A DNA stretch of 64,000 nt from Dehalococcoidia bacterium. Its GTDB lineage: Bacteria > Chloroflexota > Dehalococcoidia > UBA2979. The notes under the pieces were generated by a model that worked only from the letters and a program-made list of their open reading frames with translations, searched no databases and was not told the origin of the DNA. Numbering within the stretch: position 1 is the stretch's first letter; each line of letters begins with the position of its first letter. A program made the translations under genes and the position numbers. Shown piece by piece: positions 24,790 to 34,310 of this stretch. The DNA lies in assembly GCA_041674525.1 (NCBI GenBank), contig JBAYVN010000003.1, forward strand, positions 202-64,201, written 5' to 3'.

Positions 24790-26388
24790 CTACTCCACGC
24801 CCGCCAGGTACGGATAGTGCGGCTGTCCGCCGGGGATCACCTCGACCTCGACGCCGGGGAAGCGGGCCTCGATCAGCGCGCGGGCTGACGCACCGGCGCC
24901 CGGCGCGGCCCCCACGCCGATGTACAGCGTCACCAGCTCCGCCTCCGCGGCCCCGGCGCGGTCGAGGCCCGCGAGCAGCGCCTCCTCCAGCGTGGCGCAG
25001 GCGGCCACCAGCGTGCCGTCCACCAGCGCGATGGCGTCGTGCTCGTGGACGCTCACGTCATCCACCGTGACGGCGCGCACGGCGCGCGACACCTCCACGC
25101 TGCGCACCGCCTCCATCGCCGCGAGCATGGCGTTCGCGATCGCGGCGGGGTCGCCTTCGCAGCGGTAGGCGATCGCCGCGCCCAGCCCCGCGGCGATCGA
25201 GCGCGCCGGGATCAGGGTGATGAACCCGGGCTCTTGCGCCGCGGCGCGCTCGGCGGCCATCAGCACGTCCCGGTCGTTGGGCAGCAGGAACACGTGGTCG
25301 CGGCCCGCGGCGTGGGCGGCCTCCACCAGCTCGCCTGTGCTCGCCTTGCCCGTCTCACCGCCCGAGATCACCTGCGTCGCGCCCAGATCGCGGAACGCCG
25401 CCGCGAGCCCCGCGCCGCGCGCCACCGCGACCAGGCCGATCGCCGGGACGTCCGCCTCGGTCGCGGAGAGCCCCGCCTCCCACCGATCGTGCTGCGCCTG
25501 CATGTTCTCGACCTTGACGGCGGCCAGCGCCCCGCGCGCCGCACCGATCGACATCGCCGGTCCCGGGTCCGGCAGGTGGACGTGGACGTGCACCGTCTCG
25601 GCGTCGCCCACCACGAGGATCGAGTCGCCCCCCGCCGCGCCGAGCGCCTCCTCGATCTCCGCGCGGTCGATGCCGCGCCCACTGAGCACGAACTCCGTGC
25701 AGTACCCGTAGCCCTCGTGCGCGATGGCGCCGAGATCGACCGGGGCCGCATGCTCCGCCACGGCCGGCAGCGGCTCCCCGGTCAGGCCGTGCAGCACACC
25801 CTCGAGGATCACCGCGATCCCCTGGCCGCCCGCGTCGACGACCCCGGCGTCCCGCAGCCGCGGGAGCAGATCGGGCGTCCGCGCGACGCTGGCGTGGGCC
25901 TCGATCACCGCCGCGCGGAGGACGTCCGCTGGTCCGGCGCCGGCGGCCTGCTGGCCCGCGCGGGCGGCATCGCGCATCACGGTCAGCATCGTCCCTTCCA
26001 CGGGGTGGGAGAGCGCGGCGTACGCGCAGTCGGCGGCGGCGACCAGCGCGCGCGCGAAGTGCGCGCCGTCCAGCGTCCCCGCCCCCTGGCACGCCTGCGC
26101 GATCCCCGCGAGCATCTGCGAGAGGATGACGCCGCTGTTGCCGCGCGCGCCCAGCAGCGCGCCGTGCGCCAGCGCGCCCAGGTACGATCCCGCCGCGTGG
26201 TCGGGGACACCCTCGCCGGCGTGCAGCGCGGCGCGCCAGGTCAGCAGCAGGTTCGCGCCGGTGTCTCCATCCGGGACGGGGTAGACGTTGATCGCGTTCA
26301 CCGCCTCGCGGTTCGCGGCGAGCCAGCGCTCCGCCACCTCGAAGGCGGCGCGCAGGGTGACGGCGGCAACGACGGGCGGGGCGGTCAT
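24790..26388 (-). CDS. DAK2 domain fusion protein YloV
   Basis: Start taken at ATG 26388. INVYPVPDGDTGANL and GARGNSGVILSQ are typical of the DAK2/YloV family. Shows conserved yloV-degV-recG synteny opposite rpmB. Confidence 0.85.
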   Translation of the reverse strand: MTAPPVVAAVTLRAAFEVAERWLAANREAVNAINVYPVPDGDTGANLLLTWRAALHAGEGVPDHAAGSYLGALAHGALLGARGNSGVILSQMLAGIAQACQGAGTLDGAHFARALVAAADCAYAALSHPVEGTMLTVMRDAARAGQQAAGAGPADVLRAAVIEAHASVARTPDLLPRLRDAGVVDAGGQGIAVILEGVLHGLTGEPLPAVAEHAAPVDLGAIAHEGYGYCTEFVLSGRGIDRAEIEEALGAAGGDSILVVGDAETVHVHVHLPDPGPAMSIGAARGALAAVKVENMQAQHDRWEAGLSATEADVPAIGLVAVARGAGLAAAFRDLGATQVISGGETGKASTGELVEAAHAAGRDHVFLLPNDRDVLMAAERAAAQEPGFITLIPARSIAAGLGAAIAYRCEGDPAAIANAMLAAMEAVRSVEVSRAVRAVTVDDVSVHEHDAIALVDGTLVAACATLEEALLAGLDRAGAAEAELVTLYIGVGAAPGAGASARALIEARFPGVEVEVIPGGQPHYPYLAGVE

Positions 26389-26616
26389 GCGGGGCGCTCC
26401 GGGGAGCGCGAGGTGCACACGTTGCACACGTCGCACGGATGGCACGCGGTGTACGCAGCTGACGACGGGTGGGAATTGCTCATCTCTATGAGTCGTATCG
26501 CCGGCACACGGCCTCGTCGCGAGCGCCTTTCATAGACGCTACCCCGGAGGCCCTGCTAGTCTATCCGGACGCGCCCCTTGGGGGCGAACCCCTCTCCAGC
26601 ACAGTTGGGAACCGCG

Positions 26617-26871
26617 ATGGCCTCAGGCAAGTGTGATATCTGCGACAAGCGAACCGTCTTCGGCCGGAGCATCCAGTTCCAGCACGGTGGTCAGTGGGAG
26701 CGCCGCGCACCCAAGACGAACCGCCCGTTCAGCCCGAACGTGCAATCGAAGCGCATGTTCCTGGACGGCAAGTGGCAGCGCGTGAACGTCTGCACCCGCT
26801 GCCTGCGCACGGAGGCCAAGCACACCCAGGTCTCCGGCAGCCCGTACCCGAAGGTCGCCGCGAAGGCGTAA
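26617..26871 (+). CDS. rpmB: 50S ribosomal protein L28
   Basis: ATG 26617 inside track ORF 26578..26871. MASGKCDICDKRTVFGRSIQFQHGG...NRPFSPNVQSKRMFLDGKWQRVNVCTRCLR matches the L28 pattern. Divergent from yloV, as in many monoderms. Confidence 0.85.
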   Translation: MASGKCDICDKRTVFGRSIQFQHGGQWERRAPKTNRPFSPNVQSKRMFLDGKWQRVNVCTRCLRTEAKHTQVSGSPYPKVAAKA

Positions 26872-26903
26872 CGCCTCGCGCTTCCCGGTGGCTCCGAGCA
26901 CCG

Positions 26904-26930
26904 AACGCCCCGCCGATGCGGGGCGTTTCC
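26904..26930 (+). terminator. intrinsic terminator hairpin after rpmB
   Basis: AACGCCCCGC-CGAT-GCGGGGCGTT (perfect 10-bp stem) followed by TTCC. It lies between the convergent rpmB and rpe genes. Confidence 0.6.
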
Positions 26931-26991
26931 GTGTCCCCGCACCCGACGGCTGCATTCCCGGGCTTCCGGTTGGCGCGAGCGGGCGAGGCGA

Positions 26992-27681
26992 CTACCGCGC
27001 GATCGCGGCGTGGAGCGCGGCCAGGGCCTGCTGCGGGGTGTGCTCCGGCGTGAAGACCGTCGATCCCGCCACCAGGATGGTCGCGCCGGCCTCCGCGCAG
27101 GTGCGGGCGTTGTGCGACTTCACCCCGCCGTCGACCTCGATCGGGATGGCGATGCCCGCGGCCTCCAGGCGTGCGTGCAGCGCCCGCACCTTGTCCAGCA
27201 GCTCGAGGTTGGCCTGCTGGCCACCCCAGCCGGGGCGGATCAGCATCACCACGACCTCGTCGAGCGTGTCGAGCAGGGGGTACAGCGCGTCGATCGGCGT
27301 CTCCGGGCTGATTGCCACGCCCGCCTCGCAGCCCAGGTCGCGGGCCTGCCGCGCCAGCTCGCGTGCGGCCTGCGGGCTGCCCGCCGCCTCGTAGTGGAAC
27401 ACGAGGCGCTGCGCACCGGCGCGCGCCATGTCCGCGAACTGCTCGCCCGGCCGCGCCACCATCAGATGGGTCTCGATGAACCGCGGGCTGGCGGTACGCA
27501 CGGCGGCGACGACCTCCTTGCCGAAGGAGAGCGGCGGCACGAAGTGCCCGTCCATCACGTCCAGGTGCCAGAGATCCGCGCCGCCGCTGTCCGCGTCCCG
27601 CACCTGCTGCGCGAGGTGCCCGAAGTCCGCGGTGAGGATCGACGGCGCGATCTGCGCGAGCCGCGCCGAGGTGCCGGTCAC
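26992..27681 (-). CDS. rpe: ribulose-phosphate 3-epimerase
   Basis: GTG 27681 overlaps the argH TGA (GTGA). IAPSILTADF, HLDVMDGHFVP, THLMV and EVDGG are the canonical Rpe blocks. Confidence 0.85.
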   Translation of the reverse strand: MTGTSARLAQIAPSILTADFGHLAQQVRDADSGGADLWHLDVMDGHFVPPLSFGKEVVAAVRTASPRFIETHLMVARPGEQFADMARAGAQRLVFHYEAAGSPQAARELARQARDLGCEAGVAISPETPIDALYPLLDTLDEVVVMLIRPGWGGQQANLELLDKVRALHARLEAAGIAIPIEVDGGVKSHNARTCAEAGATILVAGSTVFTPEHTPQQALAALHAAIAR

Positions 27682-29081
27682 GAGCCTCGCTCCGCCTCGA
27701 GCCGCGCGAGCGCGGCGATGCGCGCGTGCGCTACGGCGCTCGGCGCGGTGCCGCCGGGCACATCCCGCGCCGCGAGCGACGCCTCCAGGTCGATGTGCAA
27801 CACGTCCTCGTCGAACGCGGGGTGCGCGGCGCGGTACTCGTCCAGCGTCAGCTCCGCGAAGGTGCGTCCCTCGCGCTCGCATCGCGCGACCAGCGCGCCG
27901 ACGGCCTCGTGCGCGTCGCGGAAGGGCACCCCCTTCTTCGCGAGGTAGTCCGCGAGGTCCGTGGCGAGCGCGAAGTTCGCGATCGCGGCCTCGGCCCCGC
28001 GCGCGCCGTGGAAGACGATGGTCGGCAGCATCGCGGTGGTGATGCGCAGGCAGGCGAGGAGGGTGTCCACGCTGTCGAACAGCGACTCCTTGTCCTCCTG
28101 GTTGTCCTTGTTGTAGGCGAGCGGCTGGCTCTTCAGCAGCGTCAGCGCCTGCACCAGGTTGCCGATCACGCGCGCGCTCTTGCCTCGCGTGAGCTCGGGG
28201 ACGTCCGGGTTCTTCTTCTGCGGCATGATGCTCGACCCGGTGGCGAAGGCATCATCCAGCCGGGCCAGGCCGAACTCGGCCGACGACCAGAGGATGATTT
28301 CCTCGGACAGCCGCGACAGGTGCACCATGGCCAGCGCCGCGGCGGCGTGGAAGTCGACGACGAAGTCGCGGTCGGACACCGCGTCCAGCGAGTTCTCGCT
28401 GATCGCCTCGAACCCCAGCTCCCGCGCCACGGCGTGGCGATCGATGGGGTACGTCACCCCGGCGAGCGCGCCCGAGCCCAGCGGGAGGACGTTGGCGCGC
28501 GCGCGCGCCTGCTGGAAGCGCTGGGTGTCGCGCGTGAACATCGCCTCGTACGCCAGCAGGTGGTGGGCGAGCAGGACCGGCTGCGCGCGCTGGAGGTGCG
28601 TGTATCCCGGGATGACCGTCGCGGCGTGCGCATCCGCGGCGTCGATGAGCGTCTCCCGCAGGTCGTGCAGCGCCGCGATCGTCTCATCGCACGCGGCGCG
28701 CGTGAACAGCCGCGTGTCCGTGGCCACCTGGTCGTTGCGCGACCGCGCCGTGTGCAGCCGCCGCCCGGCGTCGCCGATGCGCTCCGTCAGCGCCGCCTCG
28801 ATGTTGAGGTGGATGTCCTCGCGGTCGAGGCGGAACGCGAAGGTCCCGGCGTCGATCTCCGCGCGGATCTCCGTGAGCCCGCGCTCGATCGCCGCACCGT
28901 CCTCGGCGGAGACGATGCCCTGCGCCGCAAGCATGTGCGCGTGCGCGATCGACCCCGCGATGTCCTCGCGGTAGAGACGGCGGTCGAAGTCGATCGATGC
29001 GTTGAAGCGCTCGACGAGCTCGTTCAGCTCGCCGCTGAAGCGCCCGCCCCACAGCTTCGAAGAGCCGCCGTCGTTCGTCAC
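27678..29081 (-). CDS. argH: argininosuccinate lyase
   Basis: 467-aa ORF. LWGGRFS, the signature GSSIMPQKKNPD, and TGYTHLQRAQP-like PGYTHLQRAQP. Confidence 0.92.
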   Translation of the reverse strand: MTNDGGSSKLWGGRFSGELNELVERFNASIDFDRRLYREDIAGSIAHAHMLAAQGIVSAEDGAAIERGLTEIRAEIDAGTFAFRLDREDIHLNIEAALTERIGDAGRRLHTARSRNDQVATDTRLFTRAACDETIAALHDLRETLIDAADAHAATVIPGYTHLQRAQPVLLAHHLLAYEAMFTRDTQRFQQARARANVLPLGSGALAGVTYPIDRHAVARELGFEAISENSLDAVSDRDFVVDFHAAAALAMVHLSRLSEEIILWSSAEFGLARLDDAFATGSSIMPQKKNPDVPELTRGKSARVIGNLVQALTLLKSQPLAYNKDNQEDKESLFDSVDTLLACLRITTAMLPTIVFHGARGAEAAIANFALATDLADYLAKKGVPFRDAHEAVGALVARCEREGRTFAELTLDEYRAAHPAFDEDVLHIDLEASLAARDVPGGTAPSAVAHARIAALARLEAERGS

Positions 29082-29124
29082 GCCACGCTCCTTCGCGCAC
29101 CCCGGCCGGGGGGGCGGGTACGTG

Positions 29125-30363
29125 CTACTCCTGGGGTGCGGCGAGGCGGAGCAGGTCGCCCGACTCGGTCAGCATCTGGCGCTGTGCCTGGACCTGCGCC
29201 TGGAGGCCGTGCAGCTTGATGAAGCCCTGCGCGTGCGACTGGTCGAACAGGTCGCCCGCCTTGTTGTACGTGGCCAGCGCCTCGCTGTAGAGGCTGCGGT
29301 CCGCACGCCGCCCGACCGTCATCACCGTGCCGTGCCACAGCCGCATCTTCACGTCCCCCGTGACGTGACGCTGCGTGGAGGCCACATACTGCGACAGGTC
29401 GCGGTGGTGCGCCGTGAACCACTGGCCGTTGTAGATCAGGTCCGCGTACTCCTGGGCCACGGTGTTCTTGAAGCGCACCTGCTGCTTCGAGAGCGTCAGC
29501 TCCTCCAGCACCCGGTGCGCCTCCAGCAGGATCACCGCGGCGGGCGACTCGTAGATCTCGCGCGACTTGATGCCGACCAGGCGGTTCTCCACCATGTCGA
29601 TGCGGCCGATGCCGTGCTCGCCCCCGAGGTTCGAGAGGCGCGTCACGAGCTCCACCGGGCTCATCTCCACGCCGTCCAGCGCGACCGGGTAGCCCTTCTC
29701 GAAGCGGATCTCCACCACCGCCGGCTGGGCGGGGGTCTGGTCCAGGGGCTTCGTCCACTCGTACACGTCTTCGGGCGGCTGGTGCCACGGGTCTTCCAGG
29801 ATGCCCGCCTCCACGGAGCGGCCCCAGAGGTTCTCGTCCGTGGAGTACGGCGAGGCCAGCGTCTGGCGCACGGAGATGTGGTGCTTCGCCGCGTACGCCA
29901 GCGCCTCGTCGCGCGAGATGGAGTGCTCGCGCGTGGTGCCGACGATCTTCAGATCGGGCGCCAGCGTCTGCACGCCCACGTCCAGACGCACCTGGTCGTT
30001 GCCCTTCCCGGTGCAGCCGTGCGCCACGGCCGTCGCGCCCACGGCGCGGGCCTTGTCCACCAGCAGCTTGGCGATCAGCGGGCGCCCCAGCGCCGTGGCC
30101 AGCGGGTAGCGGCCCTCGTAGACCACGTTCGCGCCCAGCGCGGGGAAGACGAAGTAGCGGAGGAAGTCGTTCTTCGCATCGACCACGTCCACTTCCACGG
30201 CCCCGGCCTCCTCGCCGCGCCGCCGCGCGCCCTCGACGTCGCCGAGGTTGCCCAGGTCCACGGTCAGGCAGTGCACCTCGTACCCGCGCTCCACGCGGAG
30301 CCAGTGCGCGGCGACGGAGGTGTCCAGGCCCCCGGAGTAGGCAAGCACGATCTTTTCGGCCAT
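29125..30363 (-). CDS. argG: argininosuccinate synthase
   Basis: Start at ATG 30363 (MAEKIVLAYSGGLDTS, the ATP PPi-loop). Also AHGCTGKGNDQVR, and a C-terminal region typical of ArgG. Confidence 0.92.
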   Translation of the reverse strand: MAEKIVLAYSGGLDTSVAAHWLRVERGYEVHCLTVDLGNLGDVEGARRRGEEAGAVEVDVVDAKNDFLRYFVFPALGANVVYEGRYPLATALGRPLIAKLLVDKARAVGATAVAHGCTGKGNDQVRLDVGVQTLAPDLKIVGTTREHSISRDEALAYAAKHHISVRQTLASPYSTDENLWGRSVEAGILEDPWHQPPEDVYEWTKPLDQTPAQPAVVEIRFEKGYPVALDGVEMSPVELVTRLSNLGGEHGIGRIDMVENRLVGIKSREIYESPAAVILLEAHRVLEELTLSKQQVRFKNTVAQEYADLIYNGQWFTAHHRDLSQYVASTQRHVTGDVKMRLWHGTVMTVGRRADRSLYSEALATYNKAGDLFDQSHAQGFIKLHGLQAQVQAQRQMLTESGDLLRLAAPQE

Positions 30364-30413
30364 GGGGCGCTCCGAGGCTGGTCGAGGGTGTGGCCGGTCA
30401 TCCGGCCCACGGA

Positions 30414-33059
30414 TCATAGCGGGCGGCGCGGTAGGGTGAAGGTGAACGTGGTCCCGTGCCGCCCGTCCGAGTCACAGCGAATCGTCCCGCCGTGCCGCTC
30501 CACGATCGAGCGCGCGATGGCGAGGCCCAGGCCGGTGCCGCCCGTGGTCCTCCGCCCCGAGCTGGTGCGGTAGAACTTCTCGAAGAGCCCCGCCTGCTCC
30601 TCCGGCGGGATCCCGATCCCGCTGTCCGATACGGAGACGGTGGCGAAGGGCATGGTGTCCGAGACGCGCACCTCGATGTCGCCGCCGGGGGGCGTGTACT
30701 TGATCGCGTTGGACAGCAGGTTGGACACCACCTGCTCCACGCGGGTCGGATCGGCCCAGACCATCGCCACCGGGGGCGCCGTGATGTGCAGCCGGTGGCG
30801 GTGATCCTCGACCGCCGCGTGGGCGCCGCGCGCAGCGATCTCCACGATCTCCACCAGGTCGGTGGAGGAGGGGGACATCTGCATGCGCCCGGAGTCCAGC
30901 GCGGACATGTCCAGCAGGTCGCTGATCAGCGACATCAGGCGGTCGGAGTTCTGCAGGAGCACCTCCACGATGCGCTCCTGGGTCGCGTTCAGCTCGCCGG
31001 CGTCGCGACTGTGCAGGAGGTCGATGGTGGTGCGGATCAGCGTGAGCGGGGTGCGCAGCTCGTGCCCGATCATGGAGACGAAGTCGCGCTTCACGCGCTC
31101 CGCCTCGGCCTCCGCGGAGAGGTCACGGATGAGCAGGATGACGCCGGCACGCGCCGGGTCCGGATCCGGGAACGGACCCGCGGTGATCGCCAGCTGGAGG
31201 CCGCCCGTCTCCACGAGGATCGGCGCGCTGCCGCCCCGCGACCGCTCCAGCGCGCGCCCGCGCAGCCCCTCGAGCGTGGAGCCGGTCACCGGCATCCAGT
31301 CCTGCGCGGGATGGCCCATGATCTGCGATCGCGGGAGTCCCAGCAGGCGCGCGGCGGCCGGGTTGCAGATCTGGCAGACGTTCTGGTAGTCGACCACGAT
31401 CACGCCGTCCGCCATCTCGCGCAGCACCGCCTCCGCCACCCGGCGGTTCTCCTCCACCTCGTCGGCCAGCTCGGACCGCTCAAGGGTGGCCGTCACCTCG
31501 TGGGCGATCGAGCGCAGGAGCTCGGCGCGCTGTGCCGAGAGCGTCATCGGGCCGACCGAGGTCGCGCAGATCACCCCGGCGATCCCGTCCGGCGTCACCA
31601 TCGGCGCGACCGCGAGGCCCCCGATCAGCCACGCCGGAAGCCGCCCCGCCTCCGGCCGCGTGACGGTCTCCTCGATCACCAGCTCGGTTTCGGGTGATTG
31701 GAGCAGCAGGGGCTCGATGGCCTCGAGGACCGCGGAGGCCGCACCCGGCGGAAGGCCCGCCACCGCGGCCGTGGAGAGCGCGCCGGACTCCGTGGCCAGC
31801 GCCACGAACGCACCGTCCACCCAGTCCAGCCGCAGCAACTCGTCGGCGACCCCGGGGAGCCCGCCCGCCGACTTCCCCGCGAGCTGCGAGACGACCGCCT
31901 GCATCACGTCCAGGTCCTGCGTCACCTCGGAGAGGCTGGCATCGGAGTGCGACACGCGCATCGCCAGGTCGCGGTTCGCGCTCTGCAGGACGTCGCGGCT
32001 CTGCCGGATGGCCAGGCGCATGTCCTCCATCGCCTCGCCGAGCTGGCGCAGCTCCGCCGGGCCCGTTGCCGGCACCGGGCTCTCCAGGTCGTTCTGCTGC
32101 AGGCGGACGGCGGCATCGAGCAGTGGCTGCATCGGGCGCACGGCGAACCATCCGAAGATCCACGCCACCCCGGTGGCGAGCAGCGTGGCGACGACGATCG
32201 TGCGCAGGATCGACCCGCGCGTCGCGGCGATGGTCGCATCGATCGTCCCGCGGTCGATGCCCACGTAGACATCGCCCACCACGCCGCCGTTGCGGTCCCG
32301 GTACGTGACGACGTCCGACAGGTAGCTCTCGGCCCCGACGCCGAGGTACAGCGGGGCGTCCTTCGCGCGCGCGCGCACCTCGTCCGTCACGGAGGCCGGA
32401 TCGAATTCCAGCTGGTCGTTCGATGTCGCCACCACGCGCCCGCCGCTGATCACCGCGACGTCCGTGTTCACCAGGCCCGCCGCGCTCTGGGTGAACGTGC
32501 GGTCGAGGGCGGAGATCGCCTCCACCGCCGCCAGGATGCGGCCGTCCGGGGTCTGCACGGGGGCGATCCCGGACACGGACAGCCCGAGCGTCTCGTCCAG
32601 CCGGACGGCGCCGCCCGCCTTTCCGGTCTGGAGCGCCGCCTGCACCTCCGCGGGCACGGCGTGCTGCGAGACGTCCTGGGGGGCCTCGGCGCGCAGCAGC
32701 AGCGCCCCCGTCGGACCGTAGATGCGGATGCCGCTCGCACCGCCCTGGGCGAGCGTGGTGCGCGCCATGAACGCCCCGGCGAGCTGCACCGCTCCGTTCA
32801 CGTCGTTCGACTGGAGCGCGGCGACGAAGCCCGGCTGCGCCGCCAGCACGGAGGCGCCGACGACGCGCAGCTGCACGTCATTCTTGATGCGCTCGTCGAG
32901 CTGCATCGAGGCCATCGTGATGCGCTCGGCGAAACGCTCGTCGGCCTGGCGGCGCATGTCCTCGTTCACGCGCCAGAGCACGGCGGTGCTGACCAGCGCG
33001 ATGACGAGCACCGGCGCCAGCGCGATCTGGACGGACAGTCGACCAAGGGGCCCGCGCAA
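30414..33059 (-). CDS. sensor histidine kinase (large extracytoplasmic sensor, HAMP, GAF-like, PAS, HisKA, HATPase_c)
   Basis: 881-aa ORF. Two TM spans bracket a ~270-aa external domain. H-box is MIGHELRTPL, N-box NLLSNAIKYT, G1 DSGIGI, G2 GGTGLGLAIA. I see no receiver-domain gene anywhere in the window. Confidence 0.85.
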   Translation of the reverse strand: MRGPLGRLSVQIALAPVLVIALVSTAVLWRVNEDMRRQADERFAERITMASMQLDERIKNDVQLRVVGASVLAAQPGFVAALQSNDVNGAVQLAGAFMARTTLAQGGASGIRIYGPTGALLLRAEAPQDVSQHAVPAEVQAALQTGKAGGAVRLDETLGLSVSGIAPVQTPDGRILAAVEAISALDRTFTQSAAGLVNTDVAVISGGRVVATSNDQLEFDPASVTDEVRARAKDAPLYLGVGAESYLSDVVTYRDRNGGVVGDVYVGIDRGTIDATIAATRGSILRTIVVATLLATGVAWIFGWFAVRPMQPLLDAAVRLQQNDLESPVPATGPAELRQLGEAMEDMRLAIRQSRDVLQSANRDLAMRVSHSDASLSEVTQDLDVMQAVVSQLAGKSAGGLPGVADELLRLDWVDGAFVALATESGALSTAAVAGLPPGAASAVLEAIEPLLLQSPETELVIEETVTRPEAGRLPAWLIGGLAVAPMVTPDGIAGVICATSVGPMTLSAQRAELLRSIAHEVTATLERSELADEVEENRRVAEAVLREMADGVIVVDYQNVCQICNPAAARLLGLPRSQIMGHPAQDWMPVTGSTLEGLRGRALERSRGGSAPILVETGGLQLAITAGPFPDPDPARAGVILLIRDLSAEAEAERVKRDFVSMIGHELRTPLTLIRTTIDLLHSRDAGELNATQERIVEVLLQNSDRLMSLISDLLDMSALDSGRMQMSPSSTDLVEIVEIAARGAHAAVEDHRHRLHITAPPVAMVWADPTRVEQVVSNLLSNAIKYTPPGGDIEVRVSDTMPFATVSVSDSGIGIPPEEQAGLFEKFYRTSSGRRTTGGTGLGLAIARSIVERHGGTIRCDSDGRHGTTFTFTLPRRPL

Positions 33060-33098
33060 GCCTCGATGCCTCTCTTGCCGCCGGCGCCCGCCGTCGGG

Positions 33099-34289
33099 TT
33101 AGCCGGCGGCCATCTCCGTCAGCACAGCATCGATGATGTCCACCGCCTGGTCGATCTCCCCCGCGGAGACGTTCAGCGGGGGCAGGAAGCGCACCACGTT
33201 GGGCCGCACCGGGTTGACCAGCAGGCCGCGCGCCATCGCCTTCGTCGCGACGTCCGGCGCGATGTCGGCACTGAGGATCAGGCCGCGGAGCAGCCCCACG
33301 CCCCGCTGCCCCGCGACCAGCGGGGAGCGGTCCTCCAGCCCGGCGAGGCGGCGCTGGAGCTGGTCCCCGCGCGCCTGCACGTTTGCCAGCACGCCGCCCT
33401 CCAGCAGCTGGCGGATGACGTAGGCGCCGGCCGCCGTGGCCAGTGCGTTTCCGCCGAAGGTGGAGCCGTGGTCGCCGGGCTCGAAGACGGCGCACGCGTT
33501 CTTCGCCAGCACCGCGCCGATCGGCACGCCCCCACCGAGTCCCTTTGCCAGGGTCATGATGTCCGGCTCCGCGCCGGCCTGCTCGTATGCCCAGAGCGTT
33601 CCCGTGCGGCCCGTTCCGGTCTGCACCTCGTCCAGGATCAGCAGGATGCCCTGCTGATCGCACCACGCGCGGACGCGCTGCAGGTAATCAGGGGCCGGGA
33701 CGATCACGCCGCCCTCGCCCTGGATCGGCTCCAGCAGCACCGCCGCGGTGTGCGCGGTGGTGGCGGCCTGGATCGCCTCCACGTCGTCGAAGTCCACGAA
33801 GACGAAGCCCGGCAGCGTGGGGCCGAACGGGTCGCGGTAGCGGGCGGTGCCTGTGGCTGCGACGCTGCCCAGCGTGCGCCCGTGGAAGCCGTTGTGGGTC
33901 GCGATGATCTCGTACGCCCCGTTGCGATGCTGGATGCCCCACTTGCGCGCGATCTTGATCGCGGCCTCGTTCGCCTCCGCGCCGGAGTTGCAGAAGAACA
34001 CGCGGTCGAGCGCCGAGTGCCCCACCAGCAGCTCCGCGAGCTCGATCTGCGGCTCGGTGTAGAACAGGTTGGACACCTGGATCAGCGTGCCGGCCTGCTG
34101 CGCGATCACCTCGGTCAGACCGGGATGCGCGTGCCCCAGCGAGTCCACCGCGATCCCCGCGATGAAGTCGAGGTAGGAACGCCCTTCGTCATCCCAGACG
34201 CGGGTGCCCTGGCCGCGGACGAGGGTCAGCGGCTGACGGCGGTACGTCGTCATGTGCACGACGGCTTCGCGCGCGGGGATGTTGCCCAA
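33099..34289 (-). CDS. argD: acetylornithine aminotransferase
   Basis: TTG 34289 lies 6 nt after GAGGAGG (alternative ATG 34253). Class III aminotransferase blocks are FFCNSGAEANEAAIK, DEVQTG.GRTG and LAKGLGGG. Confidence 0.9.
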   Translation of the reverse strand: MGNIPAREAVVHMTTYRRQPLTLVRGQGTRVWDDEGRSYLDFIAGIAVDSLGHAHPGLTEVIAQQAGTLIQVSNLFYTEPQIELAELLVGHSALDRVFFCNSGAEANEAAIKIARKWGIQHRNGAYEIIATHNGFHGRTLGSVAATGTARYRDPFGPTLPGFVFVDFDDVEAIQAATTAHTAAVLLEPIQGEGGVIVPAPDYLQRVRAWCDQQGILLILDEVQTGTGRTGTLWAYEQAGAEPDIMTLAKGLGGGVPIGAVLAKNACAVFEPGDHGSTFGGNALATAAGAYVIRQLLEGGVLANVQARGDQLQRRLAGLEDRSPLVAGQRGVGLLRGLILSADIAPDVATKAMARGLLVNPVRPNVVRFLPPLNVSAGEIDQAVDIIDAVLTEMAAG

Positions 34290-34310
34290 GGTGGTCCTCC
34301 TCGTGCCGTC

